Counted from the first letter of the stretch, positions 27,350 to 37,770 are shown. The stretch is 64,000 bases of DNA from an uncultured Muribaculaceae bacterium (GCA_964493665.1 CAZBOZ010000004.1:388-64387); one strand, 5' to 3'. Numbers and translations: made by a program. Notes: a model not told the origin generated them from the letters alone.

Positions 27350-29026
27350 ATGAAGTTTACAAATGATACGACTTCAGTCGTTGCTTTAGGTGGTTTAGGA
27401 GAAGTTGGTAAAAACATGTACTTAGTATGTCATAATGATGAAATTATCATTATTGATGCTGGGGTTATGTTTCCTGAAGATAGTTTACTTGGAATTGATT
27501 ATGTCATTCAAGATATAACTTTTTTAAAACAAAATGAAAAGAAGATAAAAGGATTAATTATTACTCATGGTCACGAAGATCATATTGGTGGTATTACTTT
27601 TTTACTTCAAAGTGTTAATATTCCAAAAATCTATGCTCCTAAAATAGCTGCCGATTTAATTGAAAGAAAACTATTAGAAAAAAATATAAATTATAAAAAT
27701 ATGGAAACAATTGATAAAGATACTATTATAAAAACAAGAAGATTTAAAGTTTCATTTGTATCAATGACCCACTCTATTCCAGATACTTTTGCTTTAATTA
27801 TTGAAACTCCTCAAGGAGTTATAATTGAAACTGGAGACTTTAAATTTGATATGACTCCGGTTGGACCAATGGCTGATTTATATAAACTAGCCGAGGCTGG
27901 TAATAAAGGTGTAAAATTATTAATGAGTGATTCCACTAATGCTTTAGTAACTGGTTTTTCTAAAAGCGAAAGCATTGTTGATACTGCTTTAGGAGATATA
28001 TTTGCTAAACACTTAGGTAGAATTATTATTGCAACATTCGCATCTAATATATATCGTTTACAGCATATAATTGATACTTGTAAAAAGAATAATCGTAAAA
28101 TAGTTACTTTTGGTCGTAGTATGGAAAATGCTATTAATATTGCCATCAAAAACAATTTAATTGCTGATGAATCAATATTTATTGATATTAATACTGCTAA
28201 TAATTTAAAAAAGAATGAAGTGTGTATTTTATGTACTGGTAGTCAAGGAGAACCTTTAGCAGCGCTATCTAGAATAGCTAATGGAACATTTAAACAAATT
28301 AATTTACTTGATGATGATTTAGTAATATTTTCATCAAGCCCAATACCAGGTAATGCTAGTGCTATTGATAGAATTATTAATAAATTATATTTAAAAGGTG
28401 TTAGAGTTTATACTAATGAAAGCCAAAGTGATATTCATACGTCTGGGCATGGTAAAATGGAAGACTTAAAATTAATGTTAAGGCTTATAAAACCAGAATA
28501 CTTTATGCCTATTCATGGTGAATATAGAATGTTGAAACAACATGGTGACTTGGGTGTTTTGTGTGATATAAAAAAAGAAAATATCTTTATTTTAAAAAAT
28601 GGTGATGTTTTAACTTTAACTAAAGACAAAGTAGAAAATACCGGCTCTATCCAAGCAGGAGATATCTATGTTGATGGATCTAGAGTTGGTGATGTTGGTA
28701 GTGCTGTTATTAAAGACAGAAAATTAATGAGTAGAGATGGTATATTAGTAACCATTTTAAATATTGATCCAGTCAAAAGAAAACTAGTTATTAAGCCAAA
28801 TATAACTACTAGAGGATTTATAATGGTTAACGAAAACGCCGAATTAATTAAAACTATTGAAGATAAAGTAACTGAAATAGTTGATAAGGCTTTAAGCAAT
28901 AGATCATATAATTTTGTTGATTTAAAGAATCAAATTATTTTAGAATTATTACCATTTCTAAATGAACTAACTGGTAGAAGGCCAATCATCTTACCACTTA
29001 TAATGGAAATAAAAGAAGCAAATTAA
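27350..29026 (+). CDS. rnj: Ribonuclease J (metallo-beta-lactamase/beta-CASP)
   Basis: THGHEDHIGG motif and beta-CASP region. 558 aa. RBS AAGAGGA. Confidence 0.85.
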   Translation: MKFTNDTTSVVALGGLGEVGKNMYLVCHNDEIIIIDAGVMFPEDSLLGIDYVIQDITFLKQNEKKIKGLIITHGHEDHIGGITFLLQSVNIPKIYAPKIAADLIERKLLEKNINYKNMETIDKDTIIKTRRFKVSFVSMTHSIPDTFALIIETPQGVIIETGDFKFDMTPVGPMADLYKLAEAGNKGVKLLMSDSTNALVTGFSKSESIVDTALGDIFAKHLGRIIIATFASNIYRLQHIIDTCKKNNRKIVTFGRSMENAINIAIKNNLIADESIFIDINTANNLKKNEVCILCTGSQGEPLAALSRIANGTFKQINLLDDDLVIFSSSPIPGNASAIDRIINKLYLKGVRVYTNESQSDIHTSGHGKMEDLKLMLRLIKPEYFMPIHGEYRMLKQHGDLGVLCDIKKENIFILKNGDVLTLTKDKVENTGSIQAGDIYVDGSRVGDVGSAVIKDRKLMSRDGILVTILNIDPVKRKLVIKPNITTRGFIMVNENAELIKTIEDKVTEIVDKALSNRSYNFVDLKNQIILELLPFLNELTGRRPIILPLIMEIKEAN

Positions 29027-29054
29027 AAAAGAACTTTAAAAGTTCTTTTTATTT
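29025..29054. terminator. Bidirectional terminator between rnj and rny
   Basis: AAAGAACTTT/AAAGTTCTTT hairpin flanked by A-run and T-run. Overlaps both stop codons. Confidence 0.55.
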
Positions 29055-30602
29055 TGCTTCTTCTTGAGCTCTAGTTTCTCTTATAACAACTATTTTAATA
29101 GTACCTGGATATTGCATTTCCGATTCGATCTTTTCTTTCATTTCTCTAGCTATTTTGTAACTAGTAGCATCATCAATATCTTCTGGTTTAACTATTACTC
29201 TTACTTCTCTACCAGCTTGCATTGCATATGTTTTTTCAACGCCCTCATAAGAATTACCAATAGCTTCTAGTTGTTCTAATCTTTTAACATAATTTTCTAA
29301 TGAATCGTTTCTAGCACCTGGTCTTGAAGCACTAAGTGTATCAGCTATTTGAACTAATACTGATATAACAGAGTTAGCTTCTTTATCACCATGATGAGAT
29401 GCTATAGAGTTTAGTACTATTTCTTCTTCACCATATCTGCGAGCAAATTCTTCACCTATGTCAACATGACTGCCTTCAATTTCAGTATCAATTGCTTTAC
29501 CTATATCATGAAGTAATCCAGCTCTTTTAGCAAGTATAACATTTTCACCAAGTTCACCAGCTATTATTCCTGCTAAATTAGCGACTTCTTTAGAATGCAT
29601 TAAAGCATTTTGACCATAACTAGTTCTAAAGTTTAATCTACCCACTAAATTTACTAATTCTGGATCTACTTTGGTAACTCCTAATTCTAGTAAAGCTTCA
29701 TTACCAATTTCAGTTACTCTAGTGTTCATATCTTTGCAAACCTTATCATAAAGTTCTTCAATACGAGATGGATGAATTCTACCATCTTTTATTAATGACT
29801 CAATTGTAACTTTGGCTATTTCTCTACGGAATGGATCAAAAGATGAAATAACTATTGCTTCAGGAGTATCATCTATTATTAAATCTACTCCAGTAACTGC
29901 TTCAATAGTTCTGATATTTCTTCCTTCTCTACCAATTAGTCTTCCTTTCATTTCGTCATTTGGAAGTTCAATTACACTAACTGTTTGTTCAGTAGTAACA
30001 TCATTAGCATATCTTTGCATGCTACTTACTAACATTGTTTTGGCTTTCTTGTCTACTTCTAATTTAGCTTCTATTTCTCTTTCTTTGATATATGAAGCTA
30101 TCTCTTTAGCCATTTCTTCTTCAACACGTTTTAAAATCATATCATGCGCTTCTTTTTTAGAGACCTTGGCTATGCCCTCTAAAACTTTAACTTCTTCTTT
30201 CAATAATTCATCCATTTTAGCTTCTTTTTTTTGGATTTCTTTTTGCTGTTCATTTAAATTATTATCTTTTTGGCTTAAGAGATTATCTCTGTTTTGAAGT
30301 GTTTCTTCGCGTTTATCTAAATTCTTTTCACGTTGCATTAATCTATTTTCATTATCTCTTATTTCATTTTTCTTTTCGCGGACTTCTTTTTCGACTTCTT
30401 GTTTTAGCCTATATGACTCCTCTTTTAATTCTAAAAGGCTATCACGTTTGTATCTATCTGCTTCTTTTTTTGCTTCTGATAATAAATTTTCAGCTTTTTT
30501 ATCGGTGCTTTTTCTAGTTACAACAAATATTGCTGTAGCAGCTCCACCACCTATTACTAATCCAATTATTGAAGTTAAAATGGAGAAGGTATTAAATACC
30601 AT
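29049..30602 (-). CDS. rny: Ribonuclease Y
   Basis: N-terminal TM, long coiled coil, KH domain GRLIGREGRNIR, HD domain LLHDIGKA. 517 aa. Confidence 0.9.
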   Translation of the reverse strand: MVFNTFSILTSIIGLVIGGGAATAIFVVTRKSTDKKAENLLSEAKKEADRYKRDSLLELKEESYRLKQEVEKEVREKKNEIRDNENRLMQREKNLDKREETLQNRDNLLSQKDNNLNEQQKEIQKKEAKMDELLKEEVKVLEGIAKVSKKEAHDMILKRVEEEMAKEIASYIKEREIEAKLEVDKKAKTMLVSSMQRYANDVTTEQTVSVIELPNDEMKGRLIGREGRNIRTIEAVTGVDLIIDDTPEAIVISSFDPFRREIAKVTIESLIKDGRIHPSRIEELYDKVCKDMNTRVTEIGNEALLELGVTKVDPELVNLVGRLNFRTSYGQNALMHSKEVANLAGIIAGELGENVILAKRAGLLHDIGKAIDTEIEGSHVDIGEEFARRYGEEEIVLNSIASHHGDKEANSVISVLVQIADTLSASRPGARNDSLENYVKRLEQLEAIGNSYEGVEKTYAMQAGREVRVIVKPEDIDDATSYKIAREMKEKIESEMQYPGTIKIVVIRETRAQEEAK

Positions 30603-30691
30603 AATAATTCCTCCATTTAATTAATTTATAAATATTTATTATTAAACATCTACAACTTCATTATATATTTTTTTAAGTTTAAAAGCAATCA

Positions 30692-30713
30692 AAAAACGAA
30701 GTTATTTTACTTC
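30692..30713 (-). terminator. Terminator after recA
   Basis: Minus strand ACGAAGT-aaaataa-CTTCGT followed by TTTTTTG. Overlaps the recA stop. Confidence 0.5.
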
Positions 30714-31739
30714 GTCTTTTTCTTTTTTACTTTTTGGATCCAAGTCATAATGATCACGGATTTTTTTCTCAAGATCTTCTTTTAATTTTTTGTTTTCTTT
30801 TAACAATAGTTTTACATTTTCTTTACCTTGGCCTATTTTTTCTCCTTTATATGAATACCAAGCACCACTCTTTTCTAATATATTTAAATCGGTAGCTAAA
30901 TCAACAATCTCCCCTTCGCGACTTACTCCTTCACCATAAACAATGTCTACTATAGCAGTTTTAAATGGTGGTGCAACTTTATTTTTAACAACTTTAACAA
31001 CGGTTTTATTACCAATTACATTGTCACCATTCTTTATTTGTTCAGCTCTTCTTATATCAAGCCTAATGGTTGAATAAAATTTTAACGCTCTACCTCCAGG
31101 AGTAGTCTCTGGATTACCAAACATAACTCCCACTTTTTCTCTTAATTGATTAATAAAAATAGCGGTTGTTTGCGTCTTACTTATTGTTCCTGAAAGTTTT
31201 CTTAAAGCTTGACTCATAAGTCTAGCTTGAAGTCCTACATGAGCATCTCCCATTTCTCCTTCAATTTCTACTTGAGGAACTAAAGCCGCTACGGAATCTA
31301 TTACTACAATACTTATAGCTTCACTTCTTACTAAAGCTTCGCATATTTCTAAAGCTTGTTCACCTGTATCTGGTTGAGAAAGTAAAAGCTCATCTATATT
31401 TACCCCTAAAGCTTTAGCATATTTGGGATCCAAAGCATGTTCAGCATCAATGAACGCTGCTCTACCTCCAGTTTTTTGTACTTCTGCAATAGCTTGTAAA
31501 GCAAAAGTTGTTTTACCACTTGATTCTGGCCCAAATATTTCAATTATTCGCCCCTTCGGGTATCCACCTACCCCCAAAGCTATATCTAAAGTTAAACTCC
31601 CTGAAGAAGTTACATCAATATCTAAGTGCTCTTTAGCACCTAATTTCATTATTGCCCCTTTACCAAATTGCTTTTCAATATCTAGCATTACTTGTTCTAA
31701 AGCTTTGTCTTTATCCTTTTCGTCTTTTGCAAACTTCAT
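30702..31739 (-). CDS. recA: Recombinase RecA
   Basis: GPESSGKTT Walker A, L1/L2 loop regions, 345 aa. RBS AAGGAGGAG. Confidence 0.95.
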   Translation of the reverse strand: MKFAKDEKDKDKALEQVMLDIEKQFGKGAIMKLGAKEHLDIDVTSSGSLTLDIALGVGGYPKGRIIEIFGPESSGKTTFALQAIAEVQKTGGRAAFIDAEHALDPKYAKALGVNIDELLLSQPDTGEQALEICEALVRSEAISIVVIDSVAALVPQVEIEGEMGDAHVGLQARLMSQALRKLSGTISKTQTTAIFINQLREKVGVMFGNPETTPGGRALKFYSTIRLDIRRAEQIKNGDNVIGNKTVVKVVKNKVAPPFKTAIVDIVYGEGVSREGEIVDLATDLNILEKSGAWYSYKGEKIGQGKENVKLLLKENKKLKEDLEKKIRDHYDLDPKSKKEKDEVK

Positions 31740-31778
31740 AAATGTTTACTCCTCCTTATATTTATGTCTTACAAGTTA

Positions 31779-31807
31779 ATTTTAGTATATTTTATTTTTT
31801 TTGTCAA
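31779..31807 (-). promoter_or_regulatory. recA promoter (sigma-A type)
   Basis: Minus strand TTGACA, 17-nt spacer, TAAAAT. Then about 25 nt to RBS AGGAGGAG. Confidence 0.55.
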
Positions 31808-31816
31808 TACCTTTTT

Positions 31817-31830
31817 CAAACATTTGTTTG
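31817..31830. promoter_or_regulatory. LexA/Cheo-box-like palindrome upstream of recA promoter
   Basis: CAAACATTTGTTTG. Compared with the Firmicute LexA box CGAACATATGTTCG it keeps the AAC-N4-GTT core (10/14). Immediately upstream of the -35. Confidence 0.35.
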
Positions 31831-31845
31831 GTATATGTTTTTTGA

Positions 31846-31870
31846 GCAAAATAAAAGAAATTGGTAAACA
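31846..31870 (-). terminator. Terminator after rodZ-pgsA operon
   Basis: Minus strand AGAAATTG-tttac-CAATTTCT followed by TTTATTTT. Flanked by two copies of TTTTTGAGCAAAA. Confidence 0.5.
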
Positions 31871-31889
31871 ATTTCTTGATTTTAGTATA

Positions 31890-32486
31890 TTATTTTTGAG
31901 CAAAAATGAATTCTTTGTTAGCCAGAAAATATTGACATCCTGATACTACTGATAATACTGTTGCTACAAAAACTAATAATTCAGCTACTTTAACATTCCA
32001 TAGCTCAAATGGTAAATTTGAAAAAAACAATAGCGAAATCCCAACCATCATAAGAAGAGTTTTAACTTTTCCTATCCAGCCAGCTCCTATTACTTTGCCT
32101 TTACCAGAAGCAGCCATTCTTACTGAATCAACCACAATATCTCTAGTAACTATTACAACTGGTACTACTGTTGATATATAACCATTTACAGCTAAAACGA
32201 TTAAAACACCATTTACTAATATTTTATCAGCTATAGCATCCATTATTTTGCCTAAATCTGTTACTATGCCTCTTTTTCTAGCAATATTGCCATCTAGGAA
32301 ATCAGAGAACGAAGCAATCATAAATACTATACCGCCAATTATATATTTTAAATTAATCGCTATTTTATCAAATACATAATAAGTGGGAAAAGTAATCCCT
32401 ATTTGATAAAAAGGAAATATTAATAATATTAATAATAATATCGAAAGAAATATTCTTGCTAGAGTTATTTTATTTGGTAAATTCAT
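31890..32486 (-). CDS. pgsA: CDP-diacylglycerol--glycerol-3-phosphate 3-phosphatidyltransferase
   Basis: NKITLARIFL and DFLDGNIARKRGIVTDLGKIMDAIADK (CDP-alcohol phosphatidyltransferase motif). Confidence 0.85.
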   Translation of the reverse strand: MNLPNKITLARIFLSILLLILLIFPFYQIGITFPTYYVFDKIAINLKYIIGGIVFMIASFSDFLDGNIARKRGIVTDLGKIMDAIADKILVNGVLIVLAVNGYISTVVPVVIVTRDIVVDSVRMAASGKGKVIGAGWIGKVKTLLMMVGISLLFFSNLPFELWNVKVAELLVFVATVLSVVSGCQYFLANKEFIFAQK

Positions 32487-32498
32487 AATTAATTCTCC

Positions 32499-32969
32499 TT
32501 AACTTATTCCCGCTATAGTAGCTACACTATTGCCTACTGTTATTTGTCTAACAGACCAAAATATTGCCAGTAAAACTATTAAACCAATTAAAATATATAT
32601 CAATATGTATTTTAAACTACGATGTTTATTAGAAATCTTTGTATAAGGAGATTTTACTTTTTCTTCAATTCCTTCTACATCTTTTTTATCTTGAACAGCT
32701 TTTTCAATAGCTTTTAATGGTATTTTAGAAGTATATTCGAATAAATATTCATTAAACACATCTATTACTTTTTCAGGATCTAACCCTAAATATTTAGAAT
32801 ATTTACGGATATAATCTTTTAAAGCAAAAATGTCTTTAAAACCACCAATATTACCATGTTCAATGTTTTCTAAAACTATTACTTTTATTCCTAAATCTTC
32901 GGAGGCTTCTTCTATTGAAACTCCGTTTTTTTCTCTTGCCGAAGCAAGCATTTGTCCAATTTCTTTCAA
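32499..32969 (-). CDS. RodZ-like HTH (XRE) membrane protein
   Basis: N-terminal HTH (LASAREKNGVSIEEASEDLGIK), a single TM, and position upstream of pgsA as in the Bacillus ymfM(rodZ)-pgsA operon. Probable TTG start at 32969 with RBS AAAGGAG. The track's GTG at 32978 directly abuts the SD. Confidence 0.55.
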   Translation of the reverse strand: MKEIGQMLASAREKNGVSIEEASEDLGIKVIVLENIEHGNIGGFKDIFALKDYIRKYSKYLGLDPEKVIDVFNEYLFEYTSKIPLKAIEKAVQDKKDVEGIEEKVKSPYTKISNKHRSLKYILIYILIGLIVLLAIFWSVRQITVGNSVATIAGIS

Positions 32970-32991
32970 GAAATTCACTCCTTTGTAATTA

Positions 32992-33340
32992 AAAAAATAA
33001 TATCTTATAAGCCACGTTCTGTACTTTTTTCAAAGCGGCAAACATTTATCTACTATTTCTAGTTTCCTATATAAGTTTGATTCCCTATATAAAAATTCCC
33101 CTACCAAATTTGGGTTTCTCACTCACGGGGTTTACCACGTTCCACTATTAAAGTTTCCTTTAATACTCGTCTCTTTGGCACTTTTATATCTAATTTAACC
33201 ATTTAAGGTTATTTCGAAGCCGTTAGTTAAACTACCAGTAGTTATCCTACTGCGTGAACATTACAGCCATTACAGGACTGTGTGAGCATGGACTTTCCTC
33301 TACATAAAAAGATATGCAGCGTTTACCCAGATATTATTCC
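32992..33340 (-). ncRNA. rnpB: RNase P RNA, type B (Firmicute type)
   Basis: Minus strand contains GTAGAGGAAAGTCCATGCTCACACAG (P4 5' strand), AGTGGAACGTGGTAAACCCCGTGAGTGAGAAACCCAAATTTGGTAGGGGAA, and ACAGAACGTGGCTTA (P4 3' strand). These are near-identical to B. subtilis rnpB. P1 pairs AATAATATCT with AGATATTATT. About 350 nt. Confidence 0.85.
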
Positions 33341-33657
33341 TTATCACCAAAAACAACTTTTTCTAATTGTGATATTCTTCTTAGAAGATCAACATTGGAA
33401 TTATTGGAATCAGTTGTTGGCTTTGATTCTAAATCTTCTCTTATTTTGCGAAGTTCAGCTTTTAATTTACTATTATCTTCTACTAAGTTTTTTAAATCAT
33501 GCTCATATTTTTTTATGATATTAGTAAATTCTGTATAATCACGAATGACCATATCTAAAAATTTATCAACTTCTTGAGGACGATATCCTCTAGCATCAAT
33601 TTTAAAATCTTTTTCTAGTATTTCTTTTGGTGTTAAAAAAATTCGATCATTATACAT
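33334..33657 (-). CDS. gpsB: Cell cycle protein GpsB (DivIVA-domain)
   Basis: FLTPKEILEKDFKIDARGYRPQEVDKFLDMVIRDY. 107 aa. gpsB-rnpB adjacency as in B. subtilis. Confidence 0.75.
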   Translation of the reverse strand: MYNDRIFLTPKEILEKDFKIDARGYRPQEVDKFLDMVIRDYTEFTNIIKKYEHDLKNLVEDNSKLKAELRKIREDLESKPTTDSNNSNVDLLRRISQLEKVVFGDKE

Positions 33658-33779
33658 AAATACATCCCTTCTTACAGTGCTAATTATATAATACTATTCA
33701 TTGTTAAGTCAAGAAGACAATTGTTTTTGCAAACTAGATTTTTAATAAATTATATAGTATAATTTTTAAAGGTGGTTAT

Positions 33780-34337
33780 ATGAAATATCCTAACAGTATA
33801 AATAAGACTTATAAAAGAAATATTTCTCACCGTAATAGAGGAATGGATTTAGAATGTTCTATTAATAAATCAAATGAGTATTATTTAGAAATTAATAAAG
33901 CTATTATCTATAAAAAACCTACTCCTATTGGTGTTGTAGATGTTAAATATTGTGACAAGAAAAAACAAATTAATAAAGCTTATTTTAAAATGCCATCTAC
34001 TTTAGATTATAATGGTATATATAAAGGTAAATATATTGAGTTTGAAGCTAAGGAAACAATTTCTAAAACCTCATTTGCTTTGGCTAATATTCATTCTCAT
34101 CAATTAAAACATTTAAAACTAATATTAGAACATGGTGGGATTGGTTTTTTAATATTAAAGATGAATAATATTATTTACTTGGTTAAAGGTGAAGATTTGA
34201 TAGAATTTATAAATGATAATAAAAGGAAGTCTTTGCCATTTAGTTTTTTAGAGGATAAAGGTTATCCTTTGAAAGAAAAATTGAATCCTAGTGTTGATTA
34301 TTTAAGTGTTATAGATAAAATTTATTTTAAGGAGTAA
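33780..34337 (+). CDS. recU: Holliday junction resolvase RecU
   Basis: NRGMDLE, YKKPTPIGVVDV, YNGIYKGKYIEFEAKET. recU-ponA synteny. Confidence 0.85.
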   Translation: MKYPNSINKTYKRNISHRNRGMDLECSINKSNEYYLEINKAIIYKKPTPIGVVDVKYCDKKKQINKAYFKMPSTLDYNGIYKGKYIEFEAKETISKTSFALANIHSHQLKHLKLILEHGGIGFLILKMNNIIYLVKGEDLIEFINDNKRKSLPFSFLEDKGYPLKEKLNPSVDYLSVIDKIYFKE

Positions 34338-34339
34338 AA

Positions 34340-37135
34340 ATGCAAGTTAAAAAGAAAAAGAAAAAAACCAGAAAAAAAGTTGATAAAACTTCAATGGCTG
34401 TCAATAGAGCTTTAAATAAAGTTAAAAAACAGTTACAAGTTTTAAAAGATAAAAGAAAATTAAAAAGTAAAAGGTCTAAATCTTTAATTTTAATAATACT
34501 AATGTATTTATTAATCGGCTTTTTTAGTATTTGTGTAGCAGCAGGATTATATGTTATATTTTCAGCTCCTGATTTTAATAGTGAGAATCTTTATAATAAA
34601 GAAGCTACTGTTTTATATGACAAAGATGGCAATGTCTTTGCCAAGATTGGAATGGAAAAAAGAGAATTAGTAACTTATGATGAATTGCCTGATGTTTTAA
34701 TAGATGCTCTTATCGCTACAGAAGACTCTAGATTCTTTCAACATAATGGATTTGATATCGCTAGATTCTCAAAAGCCTTTATAGGCCAATTAACTGGCAA
34801 TTCAAATGCTGGTGGTGGATCTACTCTATCAATGCAAGTAGTAAAAAACGCTTTTACTGATCCTAATGCTGTAAATGGTTTAAAAGGCATTATTAGAAAA
34901 GCCACAGATATTTATATGGCGGTATTTAAACTAGAAAAAAATTATACTAAAGAACAAATAATTGAATTTTATGTTAACTCTCCTTGGCTAGGAAATAACT
35001 CCTGGGGAGTAGAACAAGCTAGTCAAACTTATTTTGGTAAATCTGTAAAAGATTTAAGTCTTAGTGAAGCAGCTATAATAGTTGGTATGTTCCAATCTCC
35101 AGCTTCTTATAATCCTTTTAGTAATTTAGAACTAACTACTCAAAGAAGAAACCAAGTATTAAATCTTATGGTAAGACATGGTTATATTTCTAATGAAGAA
35201 GCCGATATAGCTAAAAATATTTCAGTTGAGTCGTTATTAACTGATAAAACCAATCAAGATAAGTATCAAGCTTTAATTGATACAGCTGTTGAAGAAGTTG
35301 AAGATAAAACTGGTTATAATGCTTATACGGTACCAATGTTGATATACACAACCTTTGATTTAGATATTCAAGACACTTTAAATGGCATTATGAATAGTGA
35401 AACTTATAAGTTTGTTAATGATGTTGTCCAAATGGGCATTGCTGTTACTGATGTTGAAACTGGAGCCATTGTTGGAGTTGGAGCTGGAAGAAATCGCGTT
35501 GGTGAAAGACAATTTAATTTTGCCACTATGATAAATAGACAAATTGGATCTACCGCTAAACCTTTCTTTGATTATGGTCCATTAATTGAATACAACGACG
35601 CTTCTACTTATACCCCATTCTTTGATGAAAAATATTCTTATTCTAGTGGAGGTAGTGTTAAAAACGCTGATGGCAAATATTTAGGACTTATAACTATGCG
35701 CTATGCTTTAGCTCGAAGCCGAAATATTCCAGCACTCCAAGCCTTTCAAAGAGTTAATAAAGATAAAATAGCTGAGTTTGTTCATGCTTGTGGAATAAAT
35801 TATGGTGAAAATTTATACGAAGCTTATGCTTTAGGTGGATTTAATGGTATGAGTCCAGTAGAGATGTCTGCTGCTTATGCTGTCTTTGCTAGAGGTGGCT
35901 ACTATATTGCCCCTTATTCATATACTAAAGTCATTTTAAAGGAGTCAGAGCAAACAATTGAATATAAACCAGTTAAAACAAAAGCTATGAGCAAAGAAAC
36001 AGCTTTCATGATTAATTATATGTTAGGCTATGCTGTAGATAATGGGATTATTGGTCGAGTAAATGTTAGCGGTACTGATGTTGCTGCTAAAACCGGTACT
36101 TCTTCGATAGATGGTGCTGCAACTAAAAAATATGGTATTCCATCTTCTTCTATCATGGATAGTTGGGTATCAGTTTATTCTCCTGACTACTCTTTCTCTA
36201 TATGGTACGGATATGAAAAACTATCTAGTGATTATTATTTAACAATTACCGCTGCCGGTAAAGTAAGAAGTGCTGTAGCCAGAATGTTAGTTAGTAGTAT
36301 TTTTGAAAAAAATAGTCGATTCCCAAGTGGTGGCGCTGTTAAAAAAATTAGAGTGGAATTAGAAACTTTCCCTGCTAAACTAGCTAGTGAGCACACTCCT
36401 AGTGATCTTATCTCTAGTGAATACTTTAAAAGCGGTACTGAGCCAACCGAAACATCAACAAGGTTTAGTACTTTAAATGATCCTACTAATTTAAGTGCTA
36501 AATATACTGGGGGAACTATTAATATTACTTGGAATAAAATCGCTACTCCTGATGCTATTAATACCACTTACTTACAAAATTATTTTAATACTTATTATGG
36601 CGAATGGGCTGATAAATATTATCAAAAAAGACTTGAATATAATAATACCAATATTGGTACTATTGGCTATGAAATATATTTAAAAGACAGTTCTAATAAT
36701 ATTTCTTACTTAGGCTTTACAACAAACAATTATTTTAATTATACTGCTTTAAATACTGATACAAATTATACTTTTGTAATTAAAGCTGCTTATACAATTT
36801 TCAAAGATAATAAAAGCTCTGGAGCTGAAATAGTTACCAATCCTCACACCTTATCATTACAAGTTACTATTGTAGTTACTCAACCAACTACTACAATAGC
36901 TAAAGAAACAGAATTAAGTTATTATCAAGATCCTATCAATCCTTTTAAAGTCTATGTAGGTGAAACAGAAGTAACTAATTATACTTTTACTAAAAGCATA
37001 TATAAAGTTGTTGATGATGTGGAAACGGAAGTTACAAGTATTCCTAAAAATGAAGTTGGTAGTTATATTATAAAATATACTATACTATATAATAGCAAAA
37101 CTTATAATTCATCTAGAAAAGTTGTTGTAGAATAA
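34340..37135 (+). CDS. ponA: Penicillin-binding protein 1A (bifunctional glycosyltransferase/transpeptidase) with long C-terminal extension
   Basis: GT51 motifs EDSRFFQHNGFD and transpeptidase STAKP and KTGT. 931 aa with Asn/Thr/Tyr-rich C-terminal beta-rich region. Confidence 0.85.
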   Translation: MQVKKKKKKTRKKVDKTSMAVNRALNKVKKQLQVLKDKRKLKSKRSKSLILIILMYLLIGFFSICVAAGLYVIFSAPDFNSENLYNKEATVLYDKDGNVFAKIGMEKRELVTYDELPDVLIDALIATEDSRFFQHNGFDIARFSKAFIGQLTGNSNAGGGSTLSMQVVKNAFTDPNAVNGLKGIIRKATDIYMAVFKLEKNYTKEQIIEFYVNSPWLGNNSWGVEQASQTYFGKSVKDLSLSEAAIIVGMFQSPASYNPFSNLELTTQRRNQVLNLMVRHGYISNEEADIAKNISVESLLTDKTNQDKYQALIDTAVEEVEDKTGYNAYTVPMLIYTTFDLDIQDTLNGIMNSETYKFVNDVVQMGIAVTDVETGAIVGVGAGRNRVGERQFNFATMINRQIGSTAKPFFDYGPLIEYNDASTYTPFFDEKYSYSSGGSVKNADGKYLGLITMRYALARSRNIPALQAFQRVNKDKIAEFVHACGINYGENLYEAYALGGFNGMSPVEMSAAYAVFARGGYYIAPYSYTKVILKESEQTIEYKPVKTKAMSKETAFMINYMLGYAVDNGIIGRVNVSGTDVAAKTGTSSIDGAATKKYGIPSSSIMDSWVSVYSPDYSFSIWYGYEKLSSDYYLTITAAGKVRSAVARMLVSSIFEKNSRFPSGGAVKKIRVELETFPAKLASEHTPSDLISSEYFKSGTEPTETSTRFSTLNDPTNLSAKYTGGTINITWNKIATPDAINTTYLQNYFNTYYGEWADKYYQKRLEYNNTNIGTIGYEIYLKDSSNNISYLGFTTNNYFNYTALNTDTNYTFVIKAAYTIFKDNKSSGAEIVTNPHTLSLQVTIVVTQPTTTIAKETELSYYQDPINPFKVYVGETEVTNYTFTKSIYKVVDDVETEVTSIPKNEVGSYIIKYTILYNSKTYNSSRKVVVE

Positions 37136-37136
37136 T

Positions 37137-37164
37137 AAAATCACACATTAGTGTGATTTTTTAT
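37137..37164. terminator. Bidirectional terminator between ponA and nth
   Basis: AAAATCACAC-atta-GTGTGATTTT. Overlaps the nth stop. Confidence 0.55.
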
Positions 37165-37770
37165 ATACTTACAATTTTCTTTTAATAAGCATTCATTACA
37201 TTTAGGCTTTTGACTTTTACAAATATATCTACCAAATAAAACTAATTGATGATGAACTCTAGCTAATTTAGATTTAGGAATCTTTTTATTTAAAACTTTT
37301 TCTACTCCTAGTGGATTCAATTTTTTTGATGCTAATCCTAATCTTTTGGCCACTCTTTCAACGTGAGTATCTACTGCAATTACTTCTTCATCAAACAAAT
37401 TAGCTAAAACAACATTGCATACTTTTCTACCTACTCCAGGAAGGCTTTCTAAATAACATCTATTATTTGGGACTATTCCCTTATAATCATTTACTAGTCT
37501 TTGAGCTGTTTTAGTAATATATTCAGCTTTTCTTTTATAAGTGCCTATTGGTTTTAAAATGCTTTCTATATCTTTTAAATTGGCTCTAGCTAAAGAATAA
37601 ATATCATATTTAGAAAATAATACTTTAGTTACTTCATTTACTTTTTTATCAGTCGTTTGAGCACTTAAAATAGTTGCTATTAAAAGCTCATAGTCTTTTT
37701 TGTATTCTAACTCACATCTAGGATTAGGAATCATTTTATCAAGAAACTCTAAGAAAAAATTAATTGTCAT
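37141..37770 (-). CDS. nth: Endonuclease III
   Basis: HhH-GPD LLIATILSAQTTD and C-terminal 4Fe-4S Cys cluster CKSQKPKCNECLLKENC. Confidence 0.85.
   Translation of the reverse strand: MTINFFLEFLDKMIPNPRCELEYKKDYELLIATILSAQTTDKKVNEVTKVLFSKYDIYSLARANLKDIESILKPIGTYKRKAEYITKTAQRLVNDYKGIVPNNRCYLESLPGVGRKVCNVVLANLFDEEVIAVDTHVERVAKRLGLASKKLNPLGVEKVLNKKIPKSKLARVHHQLVLFGRYICKSQKPKCNECLLKENCKYIKNHTNV

Noticed and set aside
33282-33538. 78-aa and 74-aa plus-strand ORFs (33282..33518 and 33314..33538)
   Set aside because: They overlap the rnpB 5' region and are antisense to gpsB. No RBS.
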